The notes under the pieces were generated by a model. The model was not told the origin of the DNA and ran no database searches. It saw only the letters and a list, made by a program, of their open reading frames with translations. Position numbers and translations under genes: made by a program. Shown piece by piece: positions 28,236 through 41,040 of a stretch of DNA of 64,000 bases (its first letter is position 1; each line of letters starts with the position of its first letter). The DNA lies in assembly GCA_951406725.2 (NCBI GenBank), contig OX597816.1, forward strand, positions 85,312,001-85,376,000, read 5' to 3'. This stretch comes from Octopus vulgaris (taxonomy: Eukaryota).

Positions 28236-28352
28236 TGATGGTTTCAAATTTTGGCACAAGGCCAGCAATTTTGGGGAGGGGATGAATCGATTTCATCGTC
28301 CCCAGTGTTCAAATGGTACTATTTTATCGATCACGGGGTAATGAAAGGCACA
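28236..28352 (-). mobile_element. SINE family B, 3' part
   Basis: ggtttcaaattttggcacaaggccagcaattttggggagggg...atgaaaggca. Confidence 0.8.
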
Positions 28353-29935
28353 TTGCACTCATACCTCTGAAACTAGAGCTTATCAAAAGAAAATATTGCT
28401 ATAAAATAATCGATGAAATCATAAATCCTATGCTATATATGGACCGACTGAAAGTGTATACCAAAAATGATAGCGAGTTGGAAAGACTGTTGAAGAGAGT
28501 TCAGTGATAATATAGGAAAGAATTTTCACAAAAGCAACATTCAAGAAAGGCAGAATGGCGAGCACAAATTCAATAAAATATAGATGTGGTTGAGGTAAGT
28601 AAGGAACTGAAACAAGAACGAACCTACGATTATGTATGAGTCAATGAAGGTCAAGGTATTTATCACACCAGCGAAAAAGAGAAAATCAGGAAAAAATGCT
28701 ACAGAAAGGTACATGTTGTCTTGAAAACTGCGTTCAACTCAAAGACTGAAATATTTGCTATAAACGATCATGCAATTACAGTTGTCTCTTCTAGTCGCAA
28801 TATCATAAATTGAAACACTAGTGAAATAAGGAAAATGAACGCCAAAACTAGGAACGTACTTGTAATAAGCTACATCACCCAAAAGAAGATGTAGATCGCT
28901 GCCATCTCTCTAGATGAGATAGAAGTAGAGGAAAGATACCCTCTTGAGCTCTCATGCAAAACATCAAACATTGGATTCAAGCAATACCTTAAATCTACAG
29001 GTGATTGGGTAATAAAAATGATTGCAAAAATATGAAAGTTAGAAAAAATTACATTCAATCACGAAAGAAAGTTGGATCTTTGCAGAAAAATTATGAAGAC
29101 GTAATTAAAATTTTTAGGTCAACTGAAATGTGCGCTAGATGGGAACAAAAACCATTGTACGATCAGTATGTCCTCCGTAGCAAACAACCTTGTGTAGATC
29201 AAATTCACACTCATCACATGCTGTGGTAGTCTGTGTTAAAAGCACAGAACGAGGGCTGTATTTTGAATGCGCAAGACCAGTGTCTTTCAACGCACATCTT
29301 TCAAACCAATGCGGTTAGAAATGAAACTAACGCCTGTTTCAGGCAATATTTATTTTGGGTAATATGCAAGTCTCACAGCATAAAGACAGGAAACTTTTAC
29401 ACGCATAACTCAGTTGCAGTAAGGGAAGCCGAGCAGGTGACAATCTTTTTGAGATTTTCCTCTGAATGCCAGCAAAATGCTCAAAGTAAATAGACCCAAT
29501 ATAATTGTGAAGGGCCGTAAAAATGAAAAGAGCACACCAACTGACCGTAATATATCCTCGAAAGAACTCTGAAAGCTCAGTGAATAAAAAGATCTGATAA
29601 TTGAAATTAAGAAAATGTTGCATCTTAAGGCCTGTCGGTGCACTTGGAATAATAATAAAGAAAAGGAACAGAAAAGTATTTGGGCCAGACACCTGGAAAG
29701 CTATCTTTACAAGTGATAAAAAATAGCATTAACTGACACTATGCATGTCTTGAGACGGATATTATTCAATTAAGCTATCTTGAAAAGGCATTCATGGTTT
29801 CGTTTATGCCCTTAAGGTGACTGTCGTAATCCAATTGATAATTAAATGTGGTTATTACCAAATTTTACGTCATATGAGGGTGAGTCTCAGCAAGACAGGG
29901 GGGAAGATGCAGATTTCAAAGGAAGTTACAAGTAA
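28353..29935 (+). mobile_element. Old R4/Dong RT and RLE fragment
   Basis: INPMLYMDRLKVY (YMDD-like), WEQKPLYDQY, LKAQNEGCILNAQDQCLST; ends in (AAT)n. Confidence 0.8.
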
Positions 29936-29984
29936 TAAAGATAATAATAATAATAATAATAATAATAATAGTAATAATAATAAT

Positions 29985-30385
29985 AATCTTTTCTACTGTA
30001 GGCACAAGGCCTGAAATTTTGAAGGAGGGGCTAGTCTATTACATCGACCCCAGTGTTTCAGTACTACTTAATTTATCGGCCCTGAAAGGATGAAATGCGA
30101 AGTCGACCTCAGCGGAATTTGAACTCAGAACGTAGCGACGGGCGAAATAGTGCTAAACATTTCGTCCAGCGTGCTAACCATTTTGACAGCTCGCCACCTT
30201 ACAGTAATAATGATGATCATGACCATAATCATAATGATGGTTTCAAATTTTGGCACATAGCCATCAATTATAGGGGTGGGGGAAAATCGATTATATCCAC
30301 CCCAGTACTCAACTAATGCACAATTTATTGACTCCGAAAGGATGGAAGGTAAAGTCGACTTCAGCAGAATTTGAATTCAGAACCT
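29985..30385 (-). mobile_element. Two tandem SINE family B copies (29985-30200, 30235-30385)
   Basis: aaagtcgacctcagcggaatttgaactcagaacg and ctcgccacctt head; Meta-type core. Confidence 0.85.
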
Positions 30386-31227
30386 GAAGACTAATATATA
30401 ACAAACAACTAATTATCTACAACAACACTACTCATGCAACATATACTATACAAAACCAAAGCTCAATGAAATAACACAACTCACATTATACAAACCACAC
30501 AGAACAGAATAATGGAAACGTGAGTCACTTCCTATTTCTGGAGAAGATAAAGTTTTATAGCAAAGACAGGAAACCAATTGAACTATTTAACTGAAACCAT
30601 AGTAATATGTAATAACGACATTTCGATGACATTAGGAACTGAGAAACGTGATAGGATAGAAATGAATCTAGTGTTTAAATTCATGAAAAATACTGGAGTA
30701 GATCTAACTAATGACGAGAATATAACTTCATTAGATATAGAAGAAAAATTGAAATAAAAGGAAATAAGAGGAAGTGAAAAATTTTAAATTATAGGAATCA
30801 AGAACAAAAGCTTTGCAGAATGAAGATTTTAAATACAAAATCGAATGTGGAAAATATCACAAAAAAATTAATTTGAGGTCACTATCACAAATGAACTAAT
30901 GAATAAAACTACTGAATGGATAAATAATGAGCAGAAATGTTATTGACATGATATTAAGGATGTAAGTCACAATGTACAGAAGTATGCATCGTCAATCAGA
31001 TGATGAGGAAATGCAGGTCAGCATATACCGAAGCATTAATATAACTACAGAAGAGAAGTTTAGATTTCTGGCAAGAATATCTGAAGCCATCTTTAAGAAG
31101 GTATTGAGTGAACAAATAGTTCCTGAATTACAGAGTTCTGAAAAAGAAAGGAAATGTGCTTACTTAAATTTTGTTAAAAAAAAATGATAAATCTTAGAGC
31201 GAGTTATAAACAGTAGCTGCGACACAT

Positions 31228-31341
31228 CGTGACGTATATTTGCCATTTAAATATGGCTAACCCCTAAGGGTGGCTGCTACAAACTACAGTAGCATCTACA
31301 CGTAGGGGTTAGCCATATTTAAATGGCAAATAAACGTCACG
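31228..31341. repeat. Near-perfect palindrome/hairpin (~53-bp arms), MITE-like
   Basis: cgtgacgtatatttgccatttaaatatggctaacccctaagggtggctgctac matches the reverse complement of gtagcatctacacgtaggggttagccatatttaaatggcaaataaacgtcacg. Confidence 0.9.
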
Positions 31342-32404
31342 AAAAAACATGATAGCGTGTTAAGGGATGATAGGCCACCTAGCTATAAGTAAAGGAAGGA
31401 TGATAGAAAAAAAGCAATGCTTCTGTGGAGCTTGCTTTTGACACCACAGGACGAGACATAGATGAAAGTTGGATCAAGAAGATGACATTCCAATAGGACA
31501 GTTCATCCAAACACTGTATGTTCGACATTCCAGAATAACCGGACTTAGTCCAGATCCAATACAAAACGTATTGAGTTTTAAAATTCTCTATATTTTTGCA
31601 CACAAGAAATCTTCTATTGCACTTTTGTTGGAGTAAGGAAACATAAAATTCTGCAGCGAAGAAATTAACAGTGTCACGGCCTTAAAATCTGAGTACATTA
31701 TAGGGAATAATTTGAGAGCAAGTTTTGAACAACTTGATCTTCAGTTGGGATTCGGTGTACAACAGGAAAACTGTTAACAAAATTCAGCATGAGTTAATAG
31801 GCAAGTCCTCAGTAGACAGAAAGAAGAGAAATGGAGAGCTGAAAATGGAAAATTATATATGAAGTAAAAGCTTGCTCTTGAACATATCCAACAGAATAGG
31901 ATGTGATAGGATACATAATGAAACAAAGCACAACATCGATACCATGTCGCAACAGATTCATAATACATTCTACCGAAGACTCTTTGGATTCAATAGAACA
32001 AATCAAGCAGTACACTTTCAGCACAGAAGATATAGCGTTTGCAATCACGTAAACAACACAATACATGCACTTATATAATCGATATTCGAAATTACAAAAA
32101 CGAAACTCACAAATCTTATCTTCTATAAGATTGTCATTCAATAACTATCACACAATCAGCACAGAACGTACCATACTCAATCATTATTCTACATTGAAAT
32201 AGAAAACACCAATCACAAACAAAATAGGAAAGGACAATATCAATAAACCTCGAAACACAATTATAACATATTGCAAACCCAGCACACAAAATGAGAAAGA
32301 ATATCATTCTTACCTTTAATAAAAATGGTGTAGTGTACAGAGAAAATTCTACAGCCTAAAAAAGAACAGTTTCATATACATCAGGTTTAGTAGAAAATGG
32401 AGAA

Positions 32405-32878
32405 GGTGCGTGAGTTAGTGGTTAGAGTAATCAGCTTACAATCTTAAGAGCATGATATCGATTCCAGGCGGTGTTCTTAACTAGTTGACCATGTCCCTTA
32501 GTGGCTGACGATATGTGCATATCTGCCCACGAGCAGAAGTAGTGGGGGAGCATCATAGCTGGGTGTTGAAAGGAATTCTTGCAGGTTTGGATAATTCACC
32601 TTTGGAAAAATGGGTGGTCCGTTCAACATCCTTAAACAATCCTTAATTAGGGACCTTTTGAGTGGAATGGACTACTCGACTAGAAGAAAATTGTAACTGT
32701 GCCCCACCTGCAAAGGCATGCGCTGTTAATCTTGATATGTGATCAATATGTCGCGCACATATGGTTGTGATGCCTGTGACTGGTGTACCCTTATCATACG
32801 GGTAGTCATGATAGGTATACTGGGCTTCGAATAGCTTCCCCCTGTGTCACTCTGATGGCATACACTGCTCACTCACAC
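32405..32878 (+). mobile_element. Decayed tRNA-like head joined to an unclassified interspersed repeat ending at an (AAT)n array
   Basis: tagtggttagagt...gatatcgattcc head; GC-richer body running into (AAT)n(AGT)n. Confidence 0.35.
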
Positions 32879-32916
32879 AATGATAATAATAATAATAATA
32901 ATAATGATAATAATAA

Positions 32917-32976
<60 letters not shown>

Positions 32977-32977
32977 A

Positions 32978-33012
<35 letters not shown>

Positions 33013-33030
33013 TAATAATAATAATAATAA

Positions 33031-34032
33031 GGAAGCTGACAAATACAAACAAGAAATCATACCACCTAATAAATATGCAGAAGAAGAAGAAGATGAAGAA
33101 ACAACAAAAGCTATAAAACAAATGAAATCCAAACTAAAAATAGAACAGCAACGAACCATGATAAAACGTTGACAAGAAAAGCCCCTTCATGGTAAATACT
33201 GGACTAAACTAAACGCAAATGAAGTAGACAAAGAAAAATCCCAGCAATGGTTGAGAAGCTCAGGACTCAAAGCAGAGACAGAAGGATTTTTAATTGCAGC
33301 ACAAGACCAAAGCCTCCACACCAGAAATTACCAAAAACATCTAATGAAAAGAAATATAACAAGTAACTGCAGAATATGTGGAGATGGACAAGAAACAATA
33401 AATCATATTATCTCTAGCTGCCCAGTCCTGGCTAAGAAGGAATATATTCACAGACATGACAGAGTTGGAACCTACATACATTGGAAGCTATGCCAACATT
33501 ATGGAATAACAACAGAAAAGAGATGGTATAGGCACACACCAGAAAAGGTCACATAAATCGAGAAAGCAACCATACTCTGGGATATGCCGATACACACAGA
33601 TAAAGAAATTAAGGCCAACAGACCAGATATAGTTGTCAGAGATCATGAAGAAAAAAAATGCTTTCTAACTGATGTATCAATACCGGCAGATGACAACGTG
33701 TCTCTAAAAGAAATGGAGAAACTCTCAAAAATACAAAGACCTGGAAATAGAGGTAACCAGAATGTGGAATCTAAAAACAGAAAGAATTCCTATCATAGTA
33801 GGTGCATTAGGCATGATAAAAAAATATTCAGACAAATACATAACAAAAACACCAGGACTTACAAACACATATAACATACAGAAAATTGCACTACTAGGCA
33901 CTGCACACATCCTACGCAGAACACTTTCTATACAATAACCATCAGAGCATCACAACGAATCACAGCACATACCTTAAGCACACAGAGCTGCGCTCGGTAG
34001 TGAAGTGTAAGCACGCTATAAAAATAAAACTA

Positions 34033-34035
<3 letters not shown>
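33031..34035 (+). mobile_element. R4/Dong 5'-truncated copy (RLE domain and 3' UTR) between (AAT)n arrays
   Basis: LRSSGLKAETEGFLIAAQDQSL, CRICGDGQETINHIISSC, RHDRV, ANRPDIVV...DVSIPAD...EMEKLSK; few stops or frameshifts. Confidence 0.92.
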
Positions 34036-34113
<78 letters not shown>

Positions 34114-34295
34114 GATAATAATAGTGTGAGGTGTATAATAATGAGAGTGATGAATAAATATGTATACATGCATTTATACATATGTAAGTACATATATAGT
34201 CATATATATATATATTTAAATATGTATATGTATACATATATACATATATGTGCATATATACACATACGTATATATATATACATGCACACACACAA

Positions 34296-34327
<32 letters not shown>

Positions 34328-34856
34328 TCGCACATACACAAAGGTATACTTGCTAGCATACATATACATACACATAGACACACGGTGATGCAAACACATA
34401 TAGCCAGAAATATATTCGTAAGACAGGATTGTAATTATTCACAATGGCGTTTCCATAAAAGGGAAGCAAACAAGTACGAATGCATATACGCAATATGAAA
34501 AATCGTTACAAATAGAAATGAAGAACGCAAGTGCGAAGAACTGAAACACAAATAAAACAACAACAGCAACAACAACAACAACAACAACAACGACAGATAT
34601 CATATACACTAAACGATAAACTTTTCGAAACGAATTTTAATCAACAACTGCTACATTTCAATACAAACATTTATCTAACATCAATATTGCGTTCATCTAT
34701 GTGTACAGATATTTCTCAAGTTATATTGCAATAGCTATCTGTAAAGGATGTTTAATCTGAATGTTCTTTACTTCACATTGTCTTTAGCTTTAGGTATAAT
34801 CAAATAGTACTAGACGACATCACAAATATTTCATGTTGAAGGGAACAGACAAAACC

Positions 34857-34915
<59 letters not shown>

Positions 34916-34916
34916 G

Positions 34917-35008
<92 letters not shown>

Positions 35009-35391
35009 CGTATGTATATATGTATATATGATTCTATGTAAGAAATACACATTTCTACATATATAAAGATGAACTTAGTCATTTACATATATGCGAATAA
35101 TATTTATCTGTCGATGTATATATAAAATGTGCACATTTATACATATGTGCATTGTCATATATCATATATACAATATTACAATATGTTTTGCCCGCGGATG
35201 AAGTTTCTTATTACAAGATAACGATTCATTCATCCATTCCAAATGACAGCGGTGAATATCTATACACCACAGTGCTTCCAATATATTAGGAATATACTTA
35301 CACACATACTACACAGACATTTTCATATATAATGTGCGCATTATATATCAATGTGCATATATGTATATATATATATATACAAGTGCACACA

Positions 35392-35461
<70 letters not shown>

Positions 35462-37127
35462 ACCATATATACATGTATGAATGCACACGTACATGAAGGT
35501 AATGGTGATGATGATGATGATGATGATAACAATGACTGTTGTCCACCGAAGAATACCATCACCAACCGTTTCCCATGCAAAATTCCAGTAATACTCGTGT
35601 TTGAGGTTATTGTACCTGCAATCGATTTTACCGGGGTACGGGTCCGATTGCAACGCCCTCATACTCGGCCGGGTATCGGACAGATACTACACGGTCGATT
35701 GTATGACCTACATTTTTTAGGTCTAATAACGCTCGCAGCTCACCTCACTGACTCTCTCTACGCTACTGACAACCCAGTGCCCATACGTGTCGTAGGCTCA
35801 GGACTGTGGGAGCGTCAGAATCTCAACCGCAAGCAGACAATGCTCATAATTTTGAATGTCATTCTCTGTCATTATCTGGTTTTATACCAAATTGACCATA
35901 CACTAGGTTGCATACATAAATAGACAAACAAATGAAAATGACTGAACACATTTTGTAAGAGCTACATGTATTACTTCAGAAGAGTTTGAATTAATACCAT
36001 GCACTCAGATTTGTAGGATCATAGAAAGAAACTAACTCATGAAGCATTTGGAGATAGCTAACTGGATATGAGATGGTATCTCAATAAACCACAACACTTG
36101 TGAGCTAGCATACACCTTGTGGGCTGTTGGTATGTTTTCCTAAATTACAGACTGGGCTGGATATTGCAAGATGCGTGTATGTTTGCATCTATTATAGCGT
36201 ACGATGTTACATGCGAGACACCCTCAGTGTCCGATGACGTTACGTAACACTAAACAGGCATGACAACCAACAACTTCAAGGGATGATATGTACAGCTTAT
36301 GCACTCCTTCAGTTGTAGCGTAGGGAAAAAATTCTCCTTATGCTATTTTATTTGGAGACTCCCTGAATATCGAATGGAATATCTTTGACAAGGCTCCTTC
36401 GTACTTACCTGGAACAGCCAACTCTCCCAATATATATATCTCACCAACCTGTTTTTACCCCTCCTTCGTAATGTTGCCGCCAGAGTTATTCTGGTAACAC
36501 AGTGATGTCAGTCGACATTCCAGGTATTCCACTGTAGGCCTGTCTGTTGTACCTACATTGAAGGGCATGGTATTAACACCTGCTGCCCGTATAGACTACA
36601 GCCTCATCTGTGCTGACAATCCAAACAAGCATCAAGGGATTTTAATTTTAATCCAGCACAACCAAAACTTGGTACATCGCCGAGAAAGCTTGTTGCCGCT
36701 GTAGTGTTTGTTCTCCAAAACCAGCGTCAACACCCCGCTCTGACACATGTAGTAACAAAAGCAACAAGCTGAAAACGCTACATATTGCATACCGGAACAA
36801 TTAGACGCAGTGGTGATAGCTGTCTTTTTATATACTCTCCATGCAACTGTGCATAAAAATAAAGACTATACCTGATAATGCTTCCACACCAGTAACACAA
36901 TGTGATCTGAATTGACACAGAGGGGCCAAAAATCCAGAAGCCATCTAAGATTTGTCTCATATCTTTATATCGCCTCATACATTACGTTCATTATACGAGG
37001 GTACGGAAATGAAATTGCATGGGGCTCAGTCGAACTGATATGAAATATACAATATGTTTGTGCATATATACATATATATAACCAGTATCAAACTTAATTT
37101 ATTAAATAAAGTATATTAATATCTACA

Positions 37128-37352
37128 CAGTAATTCTTTGACTATCGCGGGTGTTACGTTCCAAAATTCCTCGGGATAGGTGAAAATCCATGAAGTAGGA
37201 ACAGTACTGTACCATATATATATTTTAGATTTTTAAAAAAAATTTGTATATATTTATTTTATTATAAATGCAAAACAACGCCACGGAGAGATCGACGTAA
37301 TCTTGAATAATAAATCTCGATCGGTGAACCGCGATATGGCGAGGGATTACCG
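37128..37352. mobile_element. pogo/Tigger-like MITE
   Basis: Imperfect TIRs cagtaattctttgactatcgcgg and ccgcgatatggcgagggattaccg. Confidence 0.65.
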
Positions 37353-37442
37353 AATGTATGTATGTATGTATGTATGTATGTATGTATGTATGTATGTATG
37401 TATGTATGTATGTATGCATGTATTGTATGTATGTAGTATATA

Positions 37443-37670
37443 TACTCTTTACTTGTTTCAGTCATTTGACTGCGAAAATGCTGGAGCACCGCCTTTAGTC
37501 GAGCAAATCGAACCCAGGACTTATTCTTTGTGAGCCTAGTACTTATTCTATCGGTCTCTGTTGCCGAACCGCTCAGTTACGGGAGCGTAAACACACCACC
37601 ACCGGCTGTCAAGCGCTGGTGGTGGGGGGGGACAAACAATGACACACAAGCATATACACACATACATACA
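37443..37670 (-). mobile_element. SINE family A, 3' half
   Basis: cttgtttcagtcatttgactgcg...gctggagcaccgcctttagtcgagcaaatcg. Confidence 0.85.
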
Positions 37671-37679
37671 TCTTTATAT

Positions 37680-38737
37680 ATCCTTAAATCCTTAAAAATG
37701 TTTCAGCCCGAAGGCTGCGGCCATGCTGGGGCACCACCGCAGAATGAGCTACACTAATATGTGAATCCACGTCTGATACGTGGCACTTGGTCAACAAGGG
37801 AGTTCGATTCCGCTGCCCGCATCTGTGTCTCCTGTCGTGAGGTAGGTTCATCTGGGACCCCCGACAAGAAGAGATCCAGTTTAGTTTTAAAGAAACCCAC
37901 ATCCACACCATGTAAGTCTCTCAGGCATTTAGGGAGGATTTTAAAGAGTCGTGGTCCTCTGAAACCCAAGCTGTTGCAGTATCTGGTCCTGTATTTTGAT
38001 GGTGATGTTGGAATATTTGGCACCATGGAGTGGCGCCCCGTTCTGCGGTTGGGGTAACTTTGAATGCCAAAGTTTGGGACACGTCCCTCCAGGATTTTCC
38101 AGATGTATATCACCGCATATCTCTTCCGCCTTCGCTCTAGGGAGAAGAGTTTTAATACTTTCAGTCTTTCCCAGTAGCTGATATGTTGCATTGAGACGAT
38201 CTTCTTTGTGTAGCTTCTTTGAATTGCTTCGAATTCTGCTGTTAGTTTTATATTGAGTGGTGACCATAGTTGGGAACAGTAGTCCAAGCGGCTGAGGACG
38301 AAAGTTTTCCACAGGACCATCAGTGTCTCCTTCTCTCTTGTTCTGAAAGTTCGGAGAATCCATCCAGCTAGCCGTCTGCATTTCATCACCAAATTAGTAA
38401 TATGCCCTTGGAAAGATGCATCACTGCTCATGTCAATGCCCAGGTCACGCACTGATTTTGACTCAGGGATTGCAATTCTTCCCGGGCCAGTGTATCCAGT
38501 CTGCATGTCGTTTACCTTTGTGTGCCGGTAGCGCAGGGCCTGGAACTTACCTGCATTAAACTGTATGTTGTTATCCTCGGCCCACCTGTATGTTGTATCC
38601 AACTCCTGTTGCAGATGTGCAATATTTCCAGGGTTTTGTATTGTGTGGGAGACTTTTGTGTCATCTACATAGCTAGCAAGGGTGGCCATCTTAGTAACTG
38701 AGGGCATGTCTGAAAGGGCTACTATGAACAGCAGTTC
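37680..38737 (-). mobile_element. CR1-group LINE, 5'-truncated young copy with an open RT C-terminal frame (ORF 37754-38791) and intact 3' tail
   Basis: LLFIVALSDMP, YVDDTKV, FNAGKFQ, VRDLGI, SRLDYCSQLWSP, SYWERL, SLERRR; 3' UTR ggtgccccagcatggccgcagccttcgggctgaaaca plus (ttaaggat) repeats. The first ~19 aa of the ORF are flanking read-through. Confidence 0.93.
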
Positions 38738-38822
38738 ATATATATGTATAAAACAATGTGAAGCGCAATGTGACCAGCGACGTAGCAGCATCTGATAGCC
38801 TGGTCAGTTACGGTGATCACAG

Positions 38823-38858
<36 letters not shown>

Positions 38859-39051
38859 TATAGGGTAGGAAAAATTATAGTGGCCTAGTATGTATACAAT
38901 GTCAATAGATATATTTTTCATATAAAAATTTGTGCACATTAAAAGAGGCGAGACCTTAAAAACTTTTCCTAACATACTAGAAAGAACATCAAAAAATCCA
39001 AATCACAGTTAAGAGCAATTTCGAAGGGAATTAAAAATAAAAACATTTACT

Positions 39052-39150
39052 ATGTTTTACAGCCGCACCTCAGGTTTCGAACTCTAATTTGCAAATAAAA
39101 AAAATTTCCAAGGAGAAGTTCAGTTCTCATCAGCGGACACGCCAAAACAT
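39052..39150 (-). ncRNA. Type I hammerhead ribozyme-like motif (cleavage triplet GUG, probably inactive)
   Basis: Minus strand: atgttttggcgtgtccg CTGATGA gaact...agttc GAAA cct g agg TG cggctgtaaaacat. Stems I (ccg/cgg plus atgtttt/aaaacat), II and III all pair. Confidence 0.7.
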
Positions 39151-39347
39151 TAACAAATAAATTAGAGACCAAAAAACACATGTCTCATCCTTATATAATA
39201 TAATTTTCCAAATCCTCCACGCAAGCGCAGATACAATCGGCAGCAAGTAAATATTTCGATTAATCTTCAGAAACTGGTAAATCATTTCTTAAAATTATTA
39301 TAGGTAGGAAAAAATGTTGAAACTTTTTAAATGGACACTAATTTATA

Positions 39348-39395
<48 letters not shown>

Positions 39396-39553
39396 TAAAT
39401 ATATTTATATAGATATGTGTGTGTGTATATATATATAGGCATATATATATATATATATGTATACAAATACAAACGCACACACACACATACACACACACAC
39501 ACATGTATATATATATATATATATACTTTATTTTAAGCAGCAGAAAATTCAAC

Positions 39554-39601
39554 AAAATCTGTTACTCTGAGTTTCTCGTTGCCGTTCATCAGACAGTTTT
39601 T
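39554..39601 (-). ncRNA. Minimal type I hammerhead ribozyme
   Basis: aaaaactgt CTGATGA a-cg-gcaa-cg-a GAAA ctc-a-gag TA acagatttt. Confidence 0.8.
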
Positions 39602-40992
39602 GCTAGAATGGAACTTATATATTAATTCAATCTATACTCTTACAAACGCTACACCTTTAAAAAGAAATGGACTTGTTTGATTGGCCCTTTAGAAAAAACG
39701 GTCAATCTTCGAGCGATAAACAAAAAGGTCAAAATTAAATGTATATATATATAAAAAAAACTTATAAAAATTATGAAAATTATAAAATCCGAGGAAAAAA
39801 CCTATTGCCGTTAATGAAGACAGTACAAATTAATGCATAGAAATTAAACCTGTTATAAATACTGCAATACATATTTATATTAAAATCCACATATATATAT
39901 CAACATACACAAAAGGATGCGCGTAAACGCCATACATACATATACAGACGTATGAATATGAATCTAAATTATACACATAAAAGCATGTGTACATATATTC
40001 ATGCAAACCGTCTCGCACGCAAGCTAAAATTCATCTATGTAGCAATTCTCATATACTGAGCAAGGAGGGGGAACGAAAGAAAGGGAAAGAGAGAAAAAGG
40101 AACGAAGGAGGGGTGGGGAAAAACTTGTAGCGATATTATTGGCATCTATAAAGGCCAGTATACATACACAAGTTTGAACTGATACATATACATACCGTCG
40201 TGTGTATGAACGGCAACGAGAAACTCAGAGTAACAGATTTTGTTGAATTTTCTGCTGCTTAAAATAAAGCATATTACTCTACCACTGGTATTTGAGTACT
40301 CTTTTTTCCACCTTGTTTCACATTTATGTGTTTACTCCGGTCTAACCCGCTCCTTGTAAAAGTTTGAGCGACTCTGCACAAGTAGGAAGAACAAACAGCT
40401 GAAAAAGATGGACCTTTACCCGCTGGTATGTATACTGGCCTTTATAGATGCCAATAATATCGCTACAAGTTTTTTTCCCACCCCTCCTTCGTTCCTTTTT
40501 CTCTCTTTCCCTTTCTTTCGTTCTCCCTCCTTGCTCAGTATATGAGAATTGCTACATAGATGAATTTTAGCTTGCGTGCGAGACGGTTTGCGTGAATATA
40601 TGTACACATGCTTTTATGTGTATAATTTAGATTCATATTCATACGTCTGTATATGTATGTATGGCGTTTACGCGCATCCTTTTGTGTATGTTGATATATA
40701 TATGTGGATTTTAATATAAATATGTATTGCAGTATTTATAACAGGTTTAATTTCTATGCATTAATTTGTACTGTCTTCATTAACGGCAATAGGTTTTTTT
40801 CCTCGGATTTTATAATTTTCATAATTTTTATAAGTTTTTTTATATATATATACATTTATTTTTGACCTTTTTGTTTATCGCTCGAAGATTGACCGTTTTT
40901 TCTAAAGGGCCAATCAAACAAGTCCATTTCTTTTTAAAGGTGTAGCGTTTGTAAGAGTATAGATTGAATTAATATATAAGTTCCATTCTAGC

Positions 40993-41040
40993 AAAAACTG
41001 TCTGATGAACGGCAACGAGAAACTCAGAGTAACAGATTTT
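40993..41040 (+). ncRNA. Minimal type I hammerhead ribozyme
   Basis: Same motif on the plus strand; GUA cleavage triplet; stem I ctgt/acag. Confidence 0.8.

Noticed and set aside
36993-37040. tacgaggg mariner-like TIR start
   Set aside because: No partner TIR or transposase nearby
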